Assembly: GCA_040752695.1 (NCBI GenBank)
Contig: JBFMGO010000049.1
Coordinates: 1-37,044 of the forward strand
Source of the DNA: a bacterium
Lineage (GTDB): Bacteria > SZUA-182 > DTGQ01
Length of the DNA stretch: 37,044 bases
Reading direction: 5' to 3'
This document shows, piece by piece, positions 15,408-24,517 of this stretch; the first letter of the stretch is position 1, and the number at the start of each line of letters is the position of its first letter. Both the position numbers and the translations under genes were made by a program. The notes under the pieces were generated by a model that saw only the letters and a list, made by a program, of their open reading frames with translations, was not told the origin of the DNA and did no database searches.

Positions 15408-16572
15408 AAAAGTATTCAGCACCTTTGCTGAGAATTCTGAGCAACTCTTCATAGATGAGTAACTGACTCTGCCGGTTTCCGGCAAACTCACGCACCATTC
15501 TTGCCTGCTGAAGGGACTGAATGGAGTCGGTTATATCGCCGGGTTTCATGCCGGTCAGTTCAGCAGCTTTGGAAATCGAGAGAATCGGCCTCTTCGTAAG
15601 AAGCCGATGAATCTGCAAAACCCTGCCCGCTGATGGTCCTAGGGCTTTCAGGCGTCTGCGGTCCGTATCAAGAAGCTCTACTACGGACTGCGTAGTGGCC
15701 GCAGCATGTTCGGCCATCTCAAGAATGCCGGTCAGGAAAAACCGGATCCAGCTTTCCCAATCCCCCTCTACCATGACTTTTTGCAGCAGATCGTAGTAGG
15801 TCTTTCGGTGGGTCTTTAAGTAGAGACTATAATAAAGGACAGGGTCGCTCAACACTCTCTCCATACCGAGAAGAAATGGTATCATCATCCTGCCAATATA
15901 CCTGTTACCCGTAAGAAAGGGACGAATCATATCGAACTGTACATGCACCAGAGCAGCTTTTATGAGTGTGGGAAGTGTGCCATTCTGGATGAACTCTTCA
16001 AGAGCATCAAGGCACTCGGTGAGTATTTCAGGCGGTGGAGGCACAAACAGTGCATCATCCGGCCCTGTGCCGCCTACCCAGATTTGCGATTGCCGGAATT
16101 CACCGGGGGTTTTATCTTTCTTCCCTGAAAAAAAAACCTTATGAATTTTACGAATCAATTGAAGGGTAAGCGGGTAACCAGCCGAAAGGGTCTTCATGCC
16201 ATGATCCATGGCCACAACAGTGCTGAATACCTGCTGAACATCGCAGAGAGTCACCAGGGGAGGCTCGTCATTCTCGAACAGGAGTAAATCGGACAGTGAA
16301 CATCGATTTCCCTCGATTTGTGATGAAGCGAGCGCTTCCCTGCGTGAAAAGAAATAGATAATCGGGGCCTTGTCCGGCAGGAGGGAAATGAGACCCTCAA
16401 GCCTGCCGAGCGCCCAGCCGGCCTTCTCCATAAGCCTGTAAATGCCCGAGGCCAGGTGCAGGGGGGGATCGGGCGGCAGGGGATTGGGAACAAAAGCATG
16501 ATATCGATCCCCGGCCGAGGTGGTTGAAAGTATGTACCTGCCCGCTCTGCTTGCTCTGCTCTTTAACACCAT
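15406..16572 (-). CDS. Fic-family protein (Fic_N + Fic + C-terminal wHTH) with degenerate catalytic motif
   Basis: AFVPNPLPP, REALASSQIEGN, PGEFRQSQIWVGG..FVPPPP, ALVHVQFDMIRPFLTGNRYIGR; RBS GAGGAG. Confidence 0.9.
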   Translation of the reverse strand: MVLKSRASRAGRYILSTTSAGDRYHAFVPNPLPPDPPLHLASGIYRLMEKAGWALGRLEGLISLLPDKAPIIYFFSRREALASSQIEGNRCSLSDLLLFENDEPPLVTLCDVQQVFSTVVAMDHGMKTLSAGYPLTLQLIRKIHKVFFSGKKDKTPGEFRQSQIWVGGTGPDDALFVPPPPEILTECLDALEEFIQNGTLPTLIKAALVHVQFDMIRPFLTGNRYIGRMMIPFLLGMERVLSDPVLYYSLYLKTHRKTYYDLLQKVMVEGDWESWIRFFLTGILEMAEHAAATTQSVVELLDTDRRRLKALGPSAGRVLQIHRLLTKRPILSISKAAELTGMKPGDITDSIQSLQQARMVREFAGNRQSQLLIYEELLRILSKGAEYF

Positions 16573-17072
16573 TCTATTTCGCTCCTCGGCTGACTCTTGA
16601 CGCCTTTTCCTCCGGGATCATTGATTACATTTCCACCCCATGCAAGGATTTAATCGTCATATTCATCTCAAGTGTTTGAGGGGGACCAGAATTTCCTGGA
16701 AGGACTTGATTCATCAGATGACCGGAAATTGAAGGTCAAGTTTTTTCTTAACGATGAAAAACTTTTTCTACGAAGTATCAGGGAGAAAGGTACGATTACA
16801 GGGGACATTGCCCTTAACGCAAGGAGTATGGCACTCACCGTTCAAGGATACCGGGGGAAGACGCTCTTATACGATATATGGAGGTAATGGGCGATTTTTA
16901 GAATATATCTCTTTCAAAGCATAAGAAATTTAACCCTGTACTCGTCTTCTATGGAAAGAAGAAAGGATCAGTAAATGGTTCTTGGGTGTGAATCGCTTTT
17001 CGACGAAAAAGTCGAAAAAAATTGTGACTATACCCCGGAATCTTGGAATTGTGACAAATTTTGGTAATTGCA

Positions 17073-17101
17073 TGGATACTTATGAAGATTTAGAGTATAC
17101 T
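17073..17101 (+). promoter_or_regulatory. Putative sigma70 promoter for the 17439 gene
   Basis: TGGATA, 17 bp, TATACT; direct repeats AATTGTGAC upstream at ~17020 and ~17047. Confidence 0.35.
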
Positions 17102-17438
17102 ATTTTATAGTACTGGGTACAAGAAATCAGACGATACACCTCGCAAGTCCATAAGCCCGAAGCTCATAAGCCGCAACTCAGATTCAACAGATAACAGCAC
17201 CGCAATAAGTCAACTGGAAGTTCAGTCCATTTCACTCGCTTGTTCCTCGTGAAAGGTTTGTAAAAACCCATTCCATACACTCAGGAAAAGAAAGGAGGCG
17301 ATTTTTAAAGGCATAGGTATAGTATGAGGTATAGGTATGCAGGTCAGGTATAGCAAAAAGGTTAGATTTATACAATGTATCCCCTATTTTTTATGATACA
17401 CTAATTATTCATTTTTGGGATTTTAAAGGGAGGCCCAT

Positions 17439-18071
17439 ATGAAACGTGAAAAACTCTTAAAAGGATTCATTACTATCGGTATTTTGGCTTTGTTGTTCTC
17501 AATCATCAACCCGAGCGCTCATGCTCAGTTTGGTTATTTTGGACCTTTTGGTCCCTATTATGCCGGACCTTTCGCTTATGGATATCTACCGGCACCACCA
17601 GTCCCGTTCGCGGCTCCGGTTGGCCCTTATCGAGGGGCACATGTTTTATTGCCTACAGTTCCGACACTTTTGCCCACTGCAACAGCTCCTGCAGTTACGC
17701 CGGCTGGATTTAGTATTACTACGTTGGTACCAACTGTTACACCAACCATTACCCTTACCCTGCCGATAACCGCTTTAGCTACGGTAGCACCAACGATTAC
17801 TGCTCCAGTAGTGCCAACAGTGCCAACAGTTACAACTACCGTACCTGGAATCACAACAGCTATCCTGCTCGGCGGCGGCACAAGCTCGCTGACCACTCTG
17901 GCTCTGCTTGGGGTACTACCAACCACTACGACCACGGTGCTGCCTACTACTACCCTGCTGCCAACTACTACCCTGCCGACTACAACGACTACTGTTGGGA
18001 CTACCACGGCTTTACTGCTTGGCGGTGGTGGTGTTTCAACAAGTACGCTGCTGCTGCTTGGACTTATATAG
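17439..18071 (+). CDS. Exported low-complexity Pro/Thr/Leu/Val-rich protein
   Basis: RBS GGGAGG; signal peptide ending SAHA-Q; F/G/Y/P-rich start, then PT-rich region and a duplicated TTA(I/L)LLGGG..LLG(V/L) motif. Confidence 0.8.
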   Translation: MKREKLLKGFITIGILALLFSIINPSAHAQFGYFGPFGPYYAGPFAYGYLPAPPVPFAAPVGPYRGAHVLLPTVPTLLPTATAPAVTPAGFSITTLVPTVTPTITLTLPITALATVAPTITAPVVPTVPTVTTTVPGITTAILLGGGTSSLTTLALLGVLPTTTTTVLPTTTLLPTTTLPTTTTTVGTTTALLLGGGGVSTSTLLLLGLI

Positions 18072-18184
18072 GGCTTCCAGATTTTTGAGAGACAGGCATA
18101 GTTAAGTATCTATATGATAGCTATAGCTTTTCGTGATAATTTTATGAGATAACAGTTTTATAAGATAGTGTCGTGTCTATTTGA

Positions 18185-18242
18185 GCTTGCTCAAGGACTT
18201 ATTCGAAGCGTTTTTTCACTTTAGATGAGTCCTTGAGCAAGC
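18185..18242. terminator. 18-bp inverted repeat between the P/T-rich gene and the DUF3795 gene
   Basis: GCTTGCTCAAGGACTTAT / ATGAGTCCTTGAGCAAGC (17/18 match). Confidence 0.55.
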
Positions 18243-18267
18243 GTCCTTTCATAAAAAGGATACAGCA

Positions 18268-18600
18268 ATGATTGCTTGTTGCGGATTAGATTGTTCCAGA
18301 TGTGAAGCATATCTTGCCACTCAAGCGGATGATGATAATAAACGAGTGGAAGTGGCAGAAAAATGGTCGGTTCAATATAGTGCGGATATAAAGCCTGAGG
18401 ATATTGACTGTGATGGATGTCAATCTGAAGGAAAAAAATTTTATTATTGCTCGACCCTCTGTCAAATTCGTAAATGCTGCAGAGAAAAAAAGGTAATACA
18501 TTGTGCTGCCTGCCAGATGTATGCGTGTGATCAACTCAAAAAATTTATAGAATTAGTCCCGACTGCCGGGGAAATTCTGGAAAAATTACGCAGACAATAA
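18268..18600 (+). CDS. DUF3795-type Cys-rich metal-binding protein
   Basis: MIACCGLDCSRCEAY, IDCDGC, CQIRKCC, HCAACQMYAC; RBS AAAGGA. Confidence 0.85.
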   Translation: MIACCGLDCSRCEAYLATQADDDNKRVEVAEKWSVQYSADIKPEDIDCDGCQSEGKKFYYCSTLCQIRKCCREKKVIHCAACQMYACDQLKKFIELVPTAGEILEKLRRQ

Positions 18601-18693
18601 TGATCGCGGTTTCCACCTGACTCAAGCTCCCAACTCCCCCACCCTCTTTTTTTAAAGACACACACCACTCTCCCTTTTCTCAAGGGATTTTCT

Positions 18694-18746
18694 TGCTCTG
18701 TCTACAGCATGCTCTGTCTGTAGCAGGGCTCTGTTTTGTAGCATGC
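18694..18746. repeat. 16-bp imperfect tandem repeat x3
   Basis: TGCTCTGTCTACAGCA, TGCTCTGTCTGTAGCA, GGGCTCTGTTTTGTAGCA. Confidence 0.8.
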
Positions 18747-18787
18747 ACAAGGAATCTCAAAGAGAACAGAGGAGATGATGATACCGT

Positions 18788-19699
18788 TTACTGATACCCT
18801 TCCGGCAAGCCGCTCGTAAAAATATAGTCGTCTACTGATGAGGGATGCCATCCGACAGCCTCGCGAATAGCCGAGAGGGCTACTTCCAATTCTTTCGAAG
18901 AAGGCTCACGCGTGGTCAGAAGCTGCATTTTGGAAATGAGAATGGTAAAAAGAGAAAGCACCTTACCCGGCTCTTTTTTGGAGAGAATGGCAAGGGTTTC
19001 ATAAGCCAATCCCAGGAGCAGAAAGAAGACAAGAAAAACTCCCGCCGTAGGACCGAAGTGTTGGGAAAGAGCCTGGTAAGCACTTTCCGGGATGAGTAGT
19101 TCAAGGAGGATAAAGAGAGTGGCCAGCGTTGTCCCGCATCTGAAGGCGAACCGGGAATAACGCTGCGTAGCGGGGATGACCAGATTATCTCCAGCTAAAA
19201 ACGTATTAATGACTTTATGTTCCGCTCCATGGTATTTCAGGCTTTGGTCCCCGAGCACCAGGTAGAAAAACGACCTTATCAGCAAAATCAGGGCCCCGAC
19301 AAATATAATCCATCGAAGAACGGGAACCAGGTCATTCAGGTAAGGCTCAACGAAGGTGAAAAATCCGAAATAGAGCACCAGAAACAAGATGCCGTGAATG
19401 AGTCGCTTTCCACGCTGAAGGTCAACCAGCCCCTCTTTGGCTAACTTTACCAGATTCCTCCGAGCCAGGAGAAAGATCAAAATAACCTGCCGAAAAACCA
19501 GCAAAGAGCGTAGAAAGGGAACCCGATATATCCCCGAACAATTGGACGTATCTTGCGAGAAGGTCGCAATCTGTCCATTTTTTAACCGGGTGGAAAATGA
19601 GATTCGTGAATCATAGAGTATTCCTACCCCAAAACGGGAGGAAACCCCGCCAATTCTTTTTCTAGGACTTGCCGACCCTGGATGCTTATTCTCTTTCAA
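18788..19699 (-). CDS. DUF1385-type membrane protein (putative metal-dependent enzyme)
   Basis: RVPFLR, YHGAEHKVIN, SRFAFRCGTT, QLLTTREPS..LEVAL motifs. Confidence 0.8.
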   Translation of the reverse strand: MKENKHPGSASPRKRIGGVSSRFGVGILYDSRISFSTRLKNGQIATFSQDTSNCSGIYRVPFLRSLLVFRQVILIFLLARRNLVKLAKEGLVDLQRGKRLIHGILFLVLYFGFFTFVEPYLNDLVPVLRWIIFVGALILLIRSFFYLVLGDQSLKYHGAEHKVINTFLAGDNLVIPATQRYSRFAFRCGTTLATLFILLELLIPESAYQALSQHFGPTAGVFLVFFLLLGLAYETLAILSKKEPGKVLSLFTILISKMQLLTTREPSSKELEVALSAIREAVGWHPSSVDDYIFTSGLPEGYQ

Positions 19700-19971
19700 T
19701 ATCCTAAAGACCTGAACCTTTTCTTATCTGCTTCTTCATCTATGATGTTTTCTTAATCTGCCATCTTTTTCAGCTTCTCATACAAGCTGATTGCAAAATG
19801 ATGTTTAGATTATACCCTCTTTGCCGATAAAGTCAAACTGCTCTTTTATCTTTTCTCGGTTTATTTCTCTTTCTTCTGATACCATAATAATGACCGCCCC
19901 CGGATGCCTCTCACCACATTAAAATCTTATCAATCAATCCCGGCAAATCGTATCCTGTCAGCGGTTGAGTG

Positions 19972-20000
19972 TTGACATTCCAGCGTGAGAGAAGTAAAAT
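19972..20000 (+). promoter_or_regulatory. sigma70 promoter of the tetR-mqn operon
   Basis: TTGACA (19972-19977), 17 bp, TAAAAT (19995-20000). Confidence 0.8.
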
Positions 20001-20004
20001 GATC

Positions 20005-20030
20005 AATATATGACCACCTGGTCATATATT
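20005..20030. promoter_or_regulatory. Perfect palindromic operator, probably bound by the adjacent TetR
   Basis: AATATATGACCA-CC-TGGTCATATATT (12-bp arms) over the predicted transcription start. Confidence 0.8.
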
Positions 20031-20057
20031 CGTCACCATTACACTAAGGAAAGAGCA

Positions 20058-20753
20058 ATGCTGGCAAAAAAAACATTCCTCAATCTTCCGGATGAAAAGC
20101 AAAGAAAGATCATAGATGTCGCCATTCAGGAGTTTGCTACCAAAGGATACCAGAAGGCCAGCATCAACACCATGATTGCTGCCCTGGGAATTGCCAAGGG
20201 CTCGATGTATCAGTACTTCGACAATAAGGAGAGCTTGTTCCGTTTTATTTTCGAATATGGAATCCGTCTGATAAAGGATACTGTCCGGCAGGCGGAAGGC
20301 AGCGTCCTGACAGGGCAAGATACTTTCACTAAGATTCAGGTCTTTTTATCTTCATCCATCGAATTTGTGAAAGAACACCCCCTTATATTCCGCCTTTATT
20401 TGAGGACGGCTTTTGAAAGTGATCTGCCATTCAAGCAGGAATTAGTCAAAAAGGTTTATCTTTCCTCCATGGGCTACCTGATTCCTCTTTTAGAAGAAGG
20501 AAAGATGGCTGGAGAAATTCGAAAGGACTGTAAGTCCGACCTGGTCGCCTTTATGATTATGGCCATGATTGACCGCCTCCTGCAATCATATCTGTGGGCA
20601 CATCTTGACCGGACTTCACTTTCCCCCTGGCTTATGCCTGAAAATCCGGAGCAGGATCTTTTGGAATTGGTTGAAATCTTAAAAAGAGGGTTGAAAAACC
20701 CTCCCGCTGGCCCTGAGAGATGGCAGGGCGTGGAAACGATAAATGATAACTGA
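20058..20753 (+). CDS. TetR/AcrR family transcriptional regulator
   Basis: TFLNLPDEKQRKIIDVAIQEFATKGYQKASINTMIAALGIAKGSMYQYFDNKESLF HTH. ATG 20058 follows AAGGA; the ORF-track start at 20010 lies inside the operator. Confidence 0.9.
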   Translation: MLAKKTFLNLPDEKQRKIIDVAIQEFATKGYQKASINTMIAALGIAKGSMYQYFDNKESLFRFIFEYGIRLIKDTVRQAEGSVLTGQDTFTKIQVFLSSSIEFVKEHPLIFRLYLRTAFESDLPFKQELVKKVYLSSMGYLIPLLEEGKMAGEIRKDCKSDLVAFMIMAMIDRLLQSYLWAHLDRTSLSPWLMPENPEQDLLELVEILKRGLKNPPAGPERWQGVETINDN

Positions 20754-20765
20754 TAGTGGGAGGCT

Positions 20766-22040
20766 ATGAAGGAATTGTCTATTACGGAGCCTGCTATAGG
20801 GCTTATTATGGAACCTGCGGCGGGGTCAATCGTGGAACCTGCGGCGGGGCTTATCATGGAGTCTGTTATGGAACCAATGAGGGAAAGGAGCTTACCGGCC
20901 AACCGGTTTCCGACAATGATGCAAGAGGTGCCGGGGCTGTTTCTTGATTCTGATCTTGAGCCTGTTTATGAAAAAGTTGTTCGAAAGGATCGACTTTCTG
21001 CCGAGGATGGATTGACCCTGTTCAAATCGAGCAATCTTTTAGGTCTTGGCTTTCTGGCTAACATGGTCAGGGAAAGAATCAATGGCAATGATGCCTATTA
21101 TATCTATAATCAACATATTAACTACACCAATGTCTGTAGGAACGGATGCAGCTTCTGTGCCTTCAGCAGGATGGAGGGAGAGCAGGGAGCCTATACCATG
21201 TCTCTTGACGAGATAGCGCAAAAGGTTCGCTCCCGGTTGAACGAGCCGATAACCGAGGTCCACATTGTGGGCGGATTGAACGAGAGCCTGCCCTATTCCT
21301 ATTATCTGGACATGCTTTCCACGATCAAGAACATTCGGCCATCGGTTCATATTCAGGCTTTTACAGCCGTAGAGATTTCATATCTGGCCGAGATTTCCGG
21401 CCAGAGCACAGAAAGCACGCTGCAGGAGCTCAAAAGGGCCGGCCTTGGCTCTTTGCCTGGTGGAGGAGCGGAAATCTTCAGCCCACGGGTCCGCCAGGCG
21501 GTGTGCCCGAAAAAAATATCCGCCCGCAAATGGCTGGAAACGATGAAAACAGCGCACAGTCTGGGGATCAGGAGCAATGCAACCATGCTCTACGGTCATG
21601 TGGAAACCCTGGAAGAGCGCGTGGAACATCTCTTGGCTTTGCGTGAAGCCCAGGATGAACAGAAAGGGTTTCTGGCCTTCATCCCTCTGGCCTTTCACCC
21701 GCAGAATACGCACCTTGACTCGTTCGGGAAAACCTCCGGGTTCGATGATTTGAAAAACATTGCCGTAGCCCGTCTGCTTCTGGATAACTTTGCCCACATT
21801 AAGCCCTTTTGGATCATGGTGACTCCCAAGATCGCCCAGATCGCACTTTCCTTCGGTGCGGACGACATGGACGGCACGGTCATCGAAGAGCGCATCACCC
21901 ATATGGCTGGTGGAGAAACCGCTCAGGTTTTACCTCAGCCGGAATTGGTCCGCCTGATTAAAGAGGCAGGCAGATGTCCGAGGCAGCGTGATACTTTATA
22001 TAACCTGATCGAAAGCCAAAGAGCTGAGAGAAAAGACTGA
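20766..22040 (+). CDS. mqnE: Aminofutalosine synthase (radical SAM), with repeat-derived N-terminal extension
   Basis: NQHINYTNVCRNGCSFC, TEVHIVGG, SLPGGGAEIF, SNATMLYGHVET, HIKPFWIM, GADDMDGTVIEERITHMAG. Confidence 0.9.
   Translation: MKELSITEPAIGLIMEPAAGSIVEPAAGLIMESVMEPMRERSLPANRFPTMMQEVPGLFLDSDLEPVYEKVVRKDRLSAEDGLTLFKSSNLLGLGFLANMVRERINGNDAYYIYNQHINYTNVCRNGCSFCAFSRMEGEQGAYTMSLDEIAQKVRSRLNEPITEVHIVGGLNESLPYSYYLDMLSTIKNIRPSVHIQAFTAVEISYLAEISGQSTESTLQELKRAGLGSLPGGGAEIFSPRVRQAVCPKKISARKWLETMKTAHSLGIRSNATMLYGHVETLEERVEHLLALREAQDEQKGFLAFIPLAFHPQNTHLDSFGKTSGFDDLKNIAVARLLLDNFAHIKPFWIMVTPKIAQIALSFGADDMDGTVIEERITHMAGGETAQVLPQPELVRLIKEAGRCPRQRDTLYNLIESQRAERKD
20781..20876 (+). repeat. In-frame 24-bp tandem repeats in the mqnE 5' end
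   Basis: ITEPAIGL / IMEPAAGS / IVEPAAGL / IMES / VMEP; units at 20781, 20805, 20829 and 20853. Confidence 0.85.
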
Positions 22041-22057
22041 AAAAAGCCAGGAGTCCA

Positions 22058-23122
22058 ATGCTTATGAGCAACCTGGAAACTATTACCAGAAAAATTATCG
22101 CTGATACCCGGATCACTGAACAAGAAGCCGTCACCCTCTTTCAGGAGGCTGACCTCCTGACGCTGGGAGCTCTTTCCCATCTCAAGAGGCAGAGATTGCA
22201 TCCGGAAAAACTGGTCACCTATATTGTAGACCGCAACATCAACTATACGAATATCTGCCTTTCAAGGTGCCGGTTTTGTGCCTTCTTCAAAGAGGATGGG
22301 GCGGAGGGCGGCTATGTTATTTCTCTTCAGGATCTGGCACAAAAGATTGAAGAAACCCTGGCCCTGGGCGGTATCCAGATCCTGCTGCAAGGCGGGCTTC
22401 ATCCCCGGTTGGAATTAGGCTACTACGAGGATTTACTCCGCTTTATCAAATCCCGCTACAGAATTCATATTCACGGCTTTTCTCCACCGGAAATCATTCA
22501 CCTTTCCCGTCAGAGCAACCTGTCGGTACGGACCGTGATCGAGCGGCTGAGGGCAGCCGGACTCGACTCCATTCCGGGCGGGGGTGCGGAGATTCTCGTA
22601 GACCGTGTGAGGGAAAAGGTTTCTCCCTGCAAATGCAACAGCCGTGAGTGGCTCGGCGTCATGGAAACAGCCCACGCCGCAGGATTGAAAACCACGGCTA
22701 CCATGATGTTCGGGCACCTTGAAACCTTGGAGGACCGCATCGAGCATCTCTCCGTAATCCGGCAGTTGCAGGATAAAACGGGAGGATTTACCGCCTTTAT
22801 TCCCTGGCCCTTTCAGCCGGGCAATACCTCGATCGCAAAACCTGCATCTTCCGGGTTTGAATACCTGAAAACTCTGGCCATTTCACGGATCTTCCTCGAT
22901 AATGTTCCTAATATCCAGGCTTCGTGGGTCACCCAAGGGGCTAAAGTCGCCCAGATTGCCCTGAACTTCGGGGCTAATGACCTTGGCTCTACCATGATCG
23001 AGGAGAATGTCGTGGCAGCAGCCGGAGTCTCCTTTCGCCTGCCCGAATCTGAACTTAAAAAAGTAATCGAGGGAGCAGGCTTTCTCCCGGCCAGGAGAAC
23101 CATGGACTATGCCCTCATCTGA
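22058..23122 (+). CDS. mqnC: Cyclic dehypoxanthinyl futalosine synthase (radical SAM)
   Basis: VTYIVDRNINYTNICLSRCRFC, QILLQGGLHP, FSPPEI, NIQASWVTQG, GANDLGSTMIEENVVAAAG. Confidence 0.92.
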   Translation: MLMSNLETITRKIIADTRITEQEAVTLFQEADLLTLGALSHLKRQRLHPEKLVTYIVDRNINYTNICLSRCRFCAFFKEDGAEGGYVISLQDLAQKIEETLALGGIQILLQGGLHPRLELGYYEDLLRFIKSRYRIHIHGFSPPEIIHLSRQSNLSVRTVIERLRAAGLDSIPGGGAEILVDRVREKVSPCKCNSREWLGVMETAHAAGLKTTATMMFGHLETLEDRIEHLSVIRQLQDKTGGFTAFIPWPFQPGNTSIAKPASSGFEYLKTLAISRIFLDNVPNIQASWVTQGAKVAQIALNFGANDLGSTMIEENVVAAAGVSFRLPESELKKVIEGAGFLPARRTMDYALI

Positions 23123-24437
23123 CCAAAAGCCCGATAAAAATTCCGGCCCGCACTCTGATCCACACGCTGATAGGCCAGCTCAAATAACCCTCCACCGGGC
23201 AGCCTGGATTTTACCGATTTCCTCCCCTCCCATCAGGGACGGGATTGTGGCTGTCCGAGACGGCAGAATCCTGGAAGCAGGGGCAGCACAATCAATGCGC
23301 AAAAAATATGGCCGCTTAGAAGGGATACATCAGCCAGCGGAAAAGCACCTGGTGGATTATGGGGATGGGGCCATTCTCCCTTCCCTGGTGAACGCTCATA
23401 CTCACCTGGAGCTTTCCTGTCTGGCTGGAAGGGTTCAGGCAGGGGCCGGATTCGTCGGCTGGATCAAAAACCTGATCCTGGCCAGAGAGCGATGCAAAAG
23501 CCGGGACGTTGAGGCAGGAATCCTTGCTGCAATCGAAGAGCTTCGCCAAAGGGGAACCGGCCTGGTTGGCGATGTTTCCAATACCGGGCTATCGATTCCG
23601 TTCCTTCGGGAAAGTTCCCTGAAAGGCATAGTCTTTGTGGAAGCCATTGGTTTCCAGCCACAGAAAGAGCGTGAAAACTGGAAATATGTTCAATATATTA
23701 TCGGCCATTACTCAAGATTTTCCCAGGGTGCAGAAAGAGGCGTTCATATCTGCCTGGCTGCTCATGCACCCTACAGCGTATCCTCTCGCTACATGCAGCT
23801 TCTGCAAAAAGATCAGCATGCACTGGATGAGCCTTTCTCCATCCATGTGGCGGAATCCACGGAAGAATCAACCTTCCTGTCCACAGGAGAGGGTGAATTC
23901 AGGCAATTCCTGATTGACCGGGGTGGATGGGACCCTGACTGGGGCCCCCCCAAGACAACGCCGGTTCAGTATCTTTCACGGCTGGGAGCTTTGCGTGGCG
24001 GAACGATTTGCGTCCATGCGGTTTGGGTTGACGACGAAGATATCGATATCCTGGCCATGAGCGGAAGCCACCCTTGCATCTGCCCAAGAAGTAATCACAC
24101 CCTGGGTGTAGGACGCGCGCCAGTGGAAAAATTCCTCCAAAGAGGTATTTCACCCTGCCTTGGAACTGACAGTTTAGCCAGTAACAGCAGCCTGTGCCTT
24201 TGGCAGGAAATGTCATTTTTAAAAAACGCCATCCCCTCTCTGCCCTGTAACCAGATATTGAAAATGGCCACCCTTTCCGGATCTCTGGCCCTGGGTGAGA
24301 GGGAATTTGGAAGTATTGAGGCAGGGAAATATGCCTCATTGATTTTTCTTCCAGTCACAGCCTCATCAGTCGATGCAATCGAAGAGGCACTTGTTACGGA
24401 AGGACAGGAAAAGGAAGTCAGATGGGTCAGCACATGA
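23109..24437 (+). CDS. Amidohydrolase, probable aminodeoxyfutalosine deaminase
   Basis: LVNAHTHLELS, HAPYSVS, HVAESTEE, CPRSN, LGTDSLASN; position in the mqn operon. Confidence 0.8.
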   Translation: MPSSDQKPDKNSGPHSDPHADRPAQITLHRAAWILPISSPPIRDGIVAVRDGRILEAGAAQSMRKKYGRLEGIHQPAEKHLVDYGDGAILPSLVNAHTHLELSCLAGRVQAGAGFVGWIKNLILARERCKSRDVEAGILAAIEELRQRGTGLVGDVSNTGLSIPFLRESSLKGIVFVEAIGFQPQKERENWKYVQYIIGHYSRFSQGAERGVHICLAAHAPYSVSSRYMQLLQKDQHALDEPFSIHVAESTEESTFLSTGEGEFRQFLIDRGGWDPDWGPPKTTPVQYLSRLGALRGGTICVHAVWVDDEDIDILAMSGSHPCICPRSNHTLGVGRAPVEKFLQRGISPCLGTDSLASNSSLCLWQEMSFLKNAIPSLPCNQILKMATLSGSLALGEREFGSIEAGKYASLIFLPVTASSVDAIEEALVTEGQEKEVRWVST

Positions 24438-24517
24438 ATCAAACAATGAATCGGACAGTAAATCAGACGATGGATCAGCACATGAATCGGACAGTGAATC
24501 AACAAACGAAACAGACA
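24422..24517 (+). repeat. In-frame 12-bp tandem repeats x8 at the deaminase/mqnA junction
   Basis: ATGGGTCAGCAC ATGAATCAAACA ATGAATCGGACA GTAAATCAGACG ATGGATCAGCAC ATGAATCGGACA GTGAATCAACAA ACGAAACAGACA. Confidence 0.9.

Noticed and set aside
16672..16887. 71-aa ORF divergent from the Fic gene
   Set aside because: GTG start without RBS and no recognisable family; could be a fragment but cannot be supported.
17627..18007. Val-rich antisense ORF
   Set aside because: Mirror of the Thr/Pro codons of the 17439-18071 gene.
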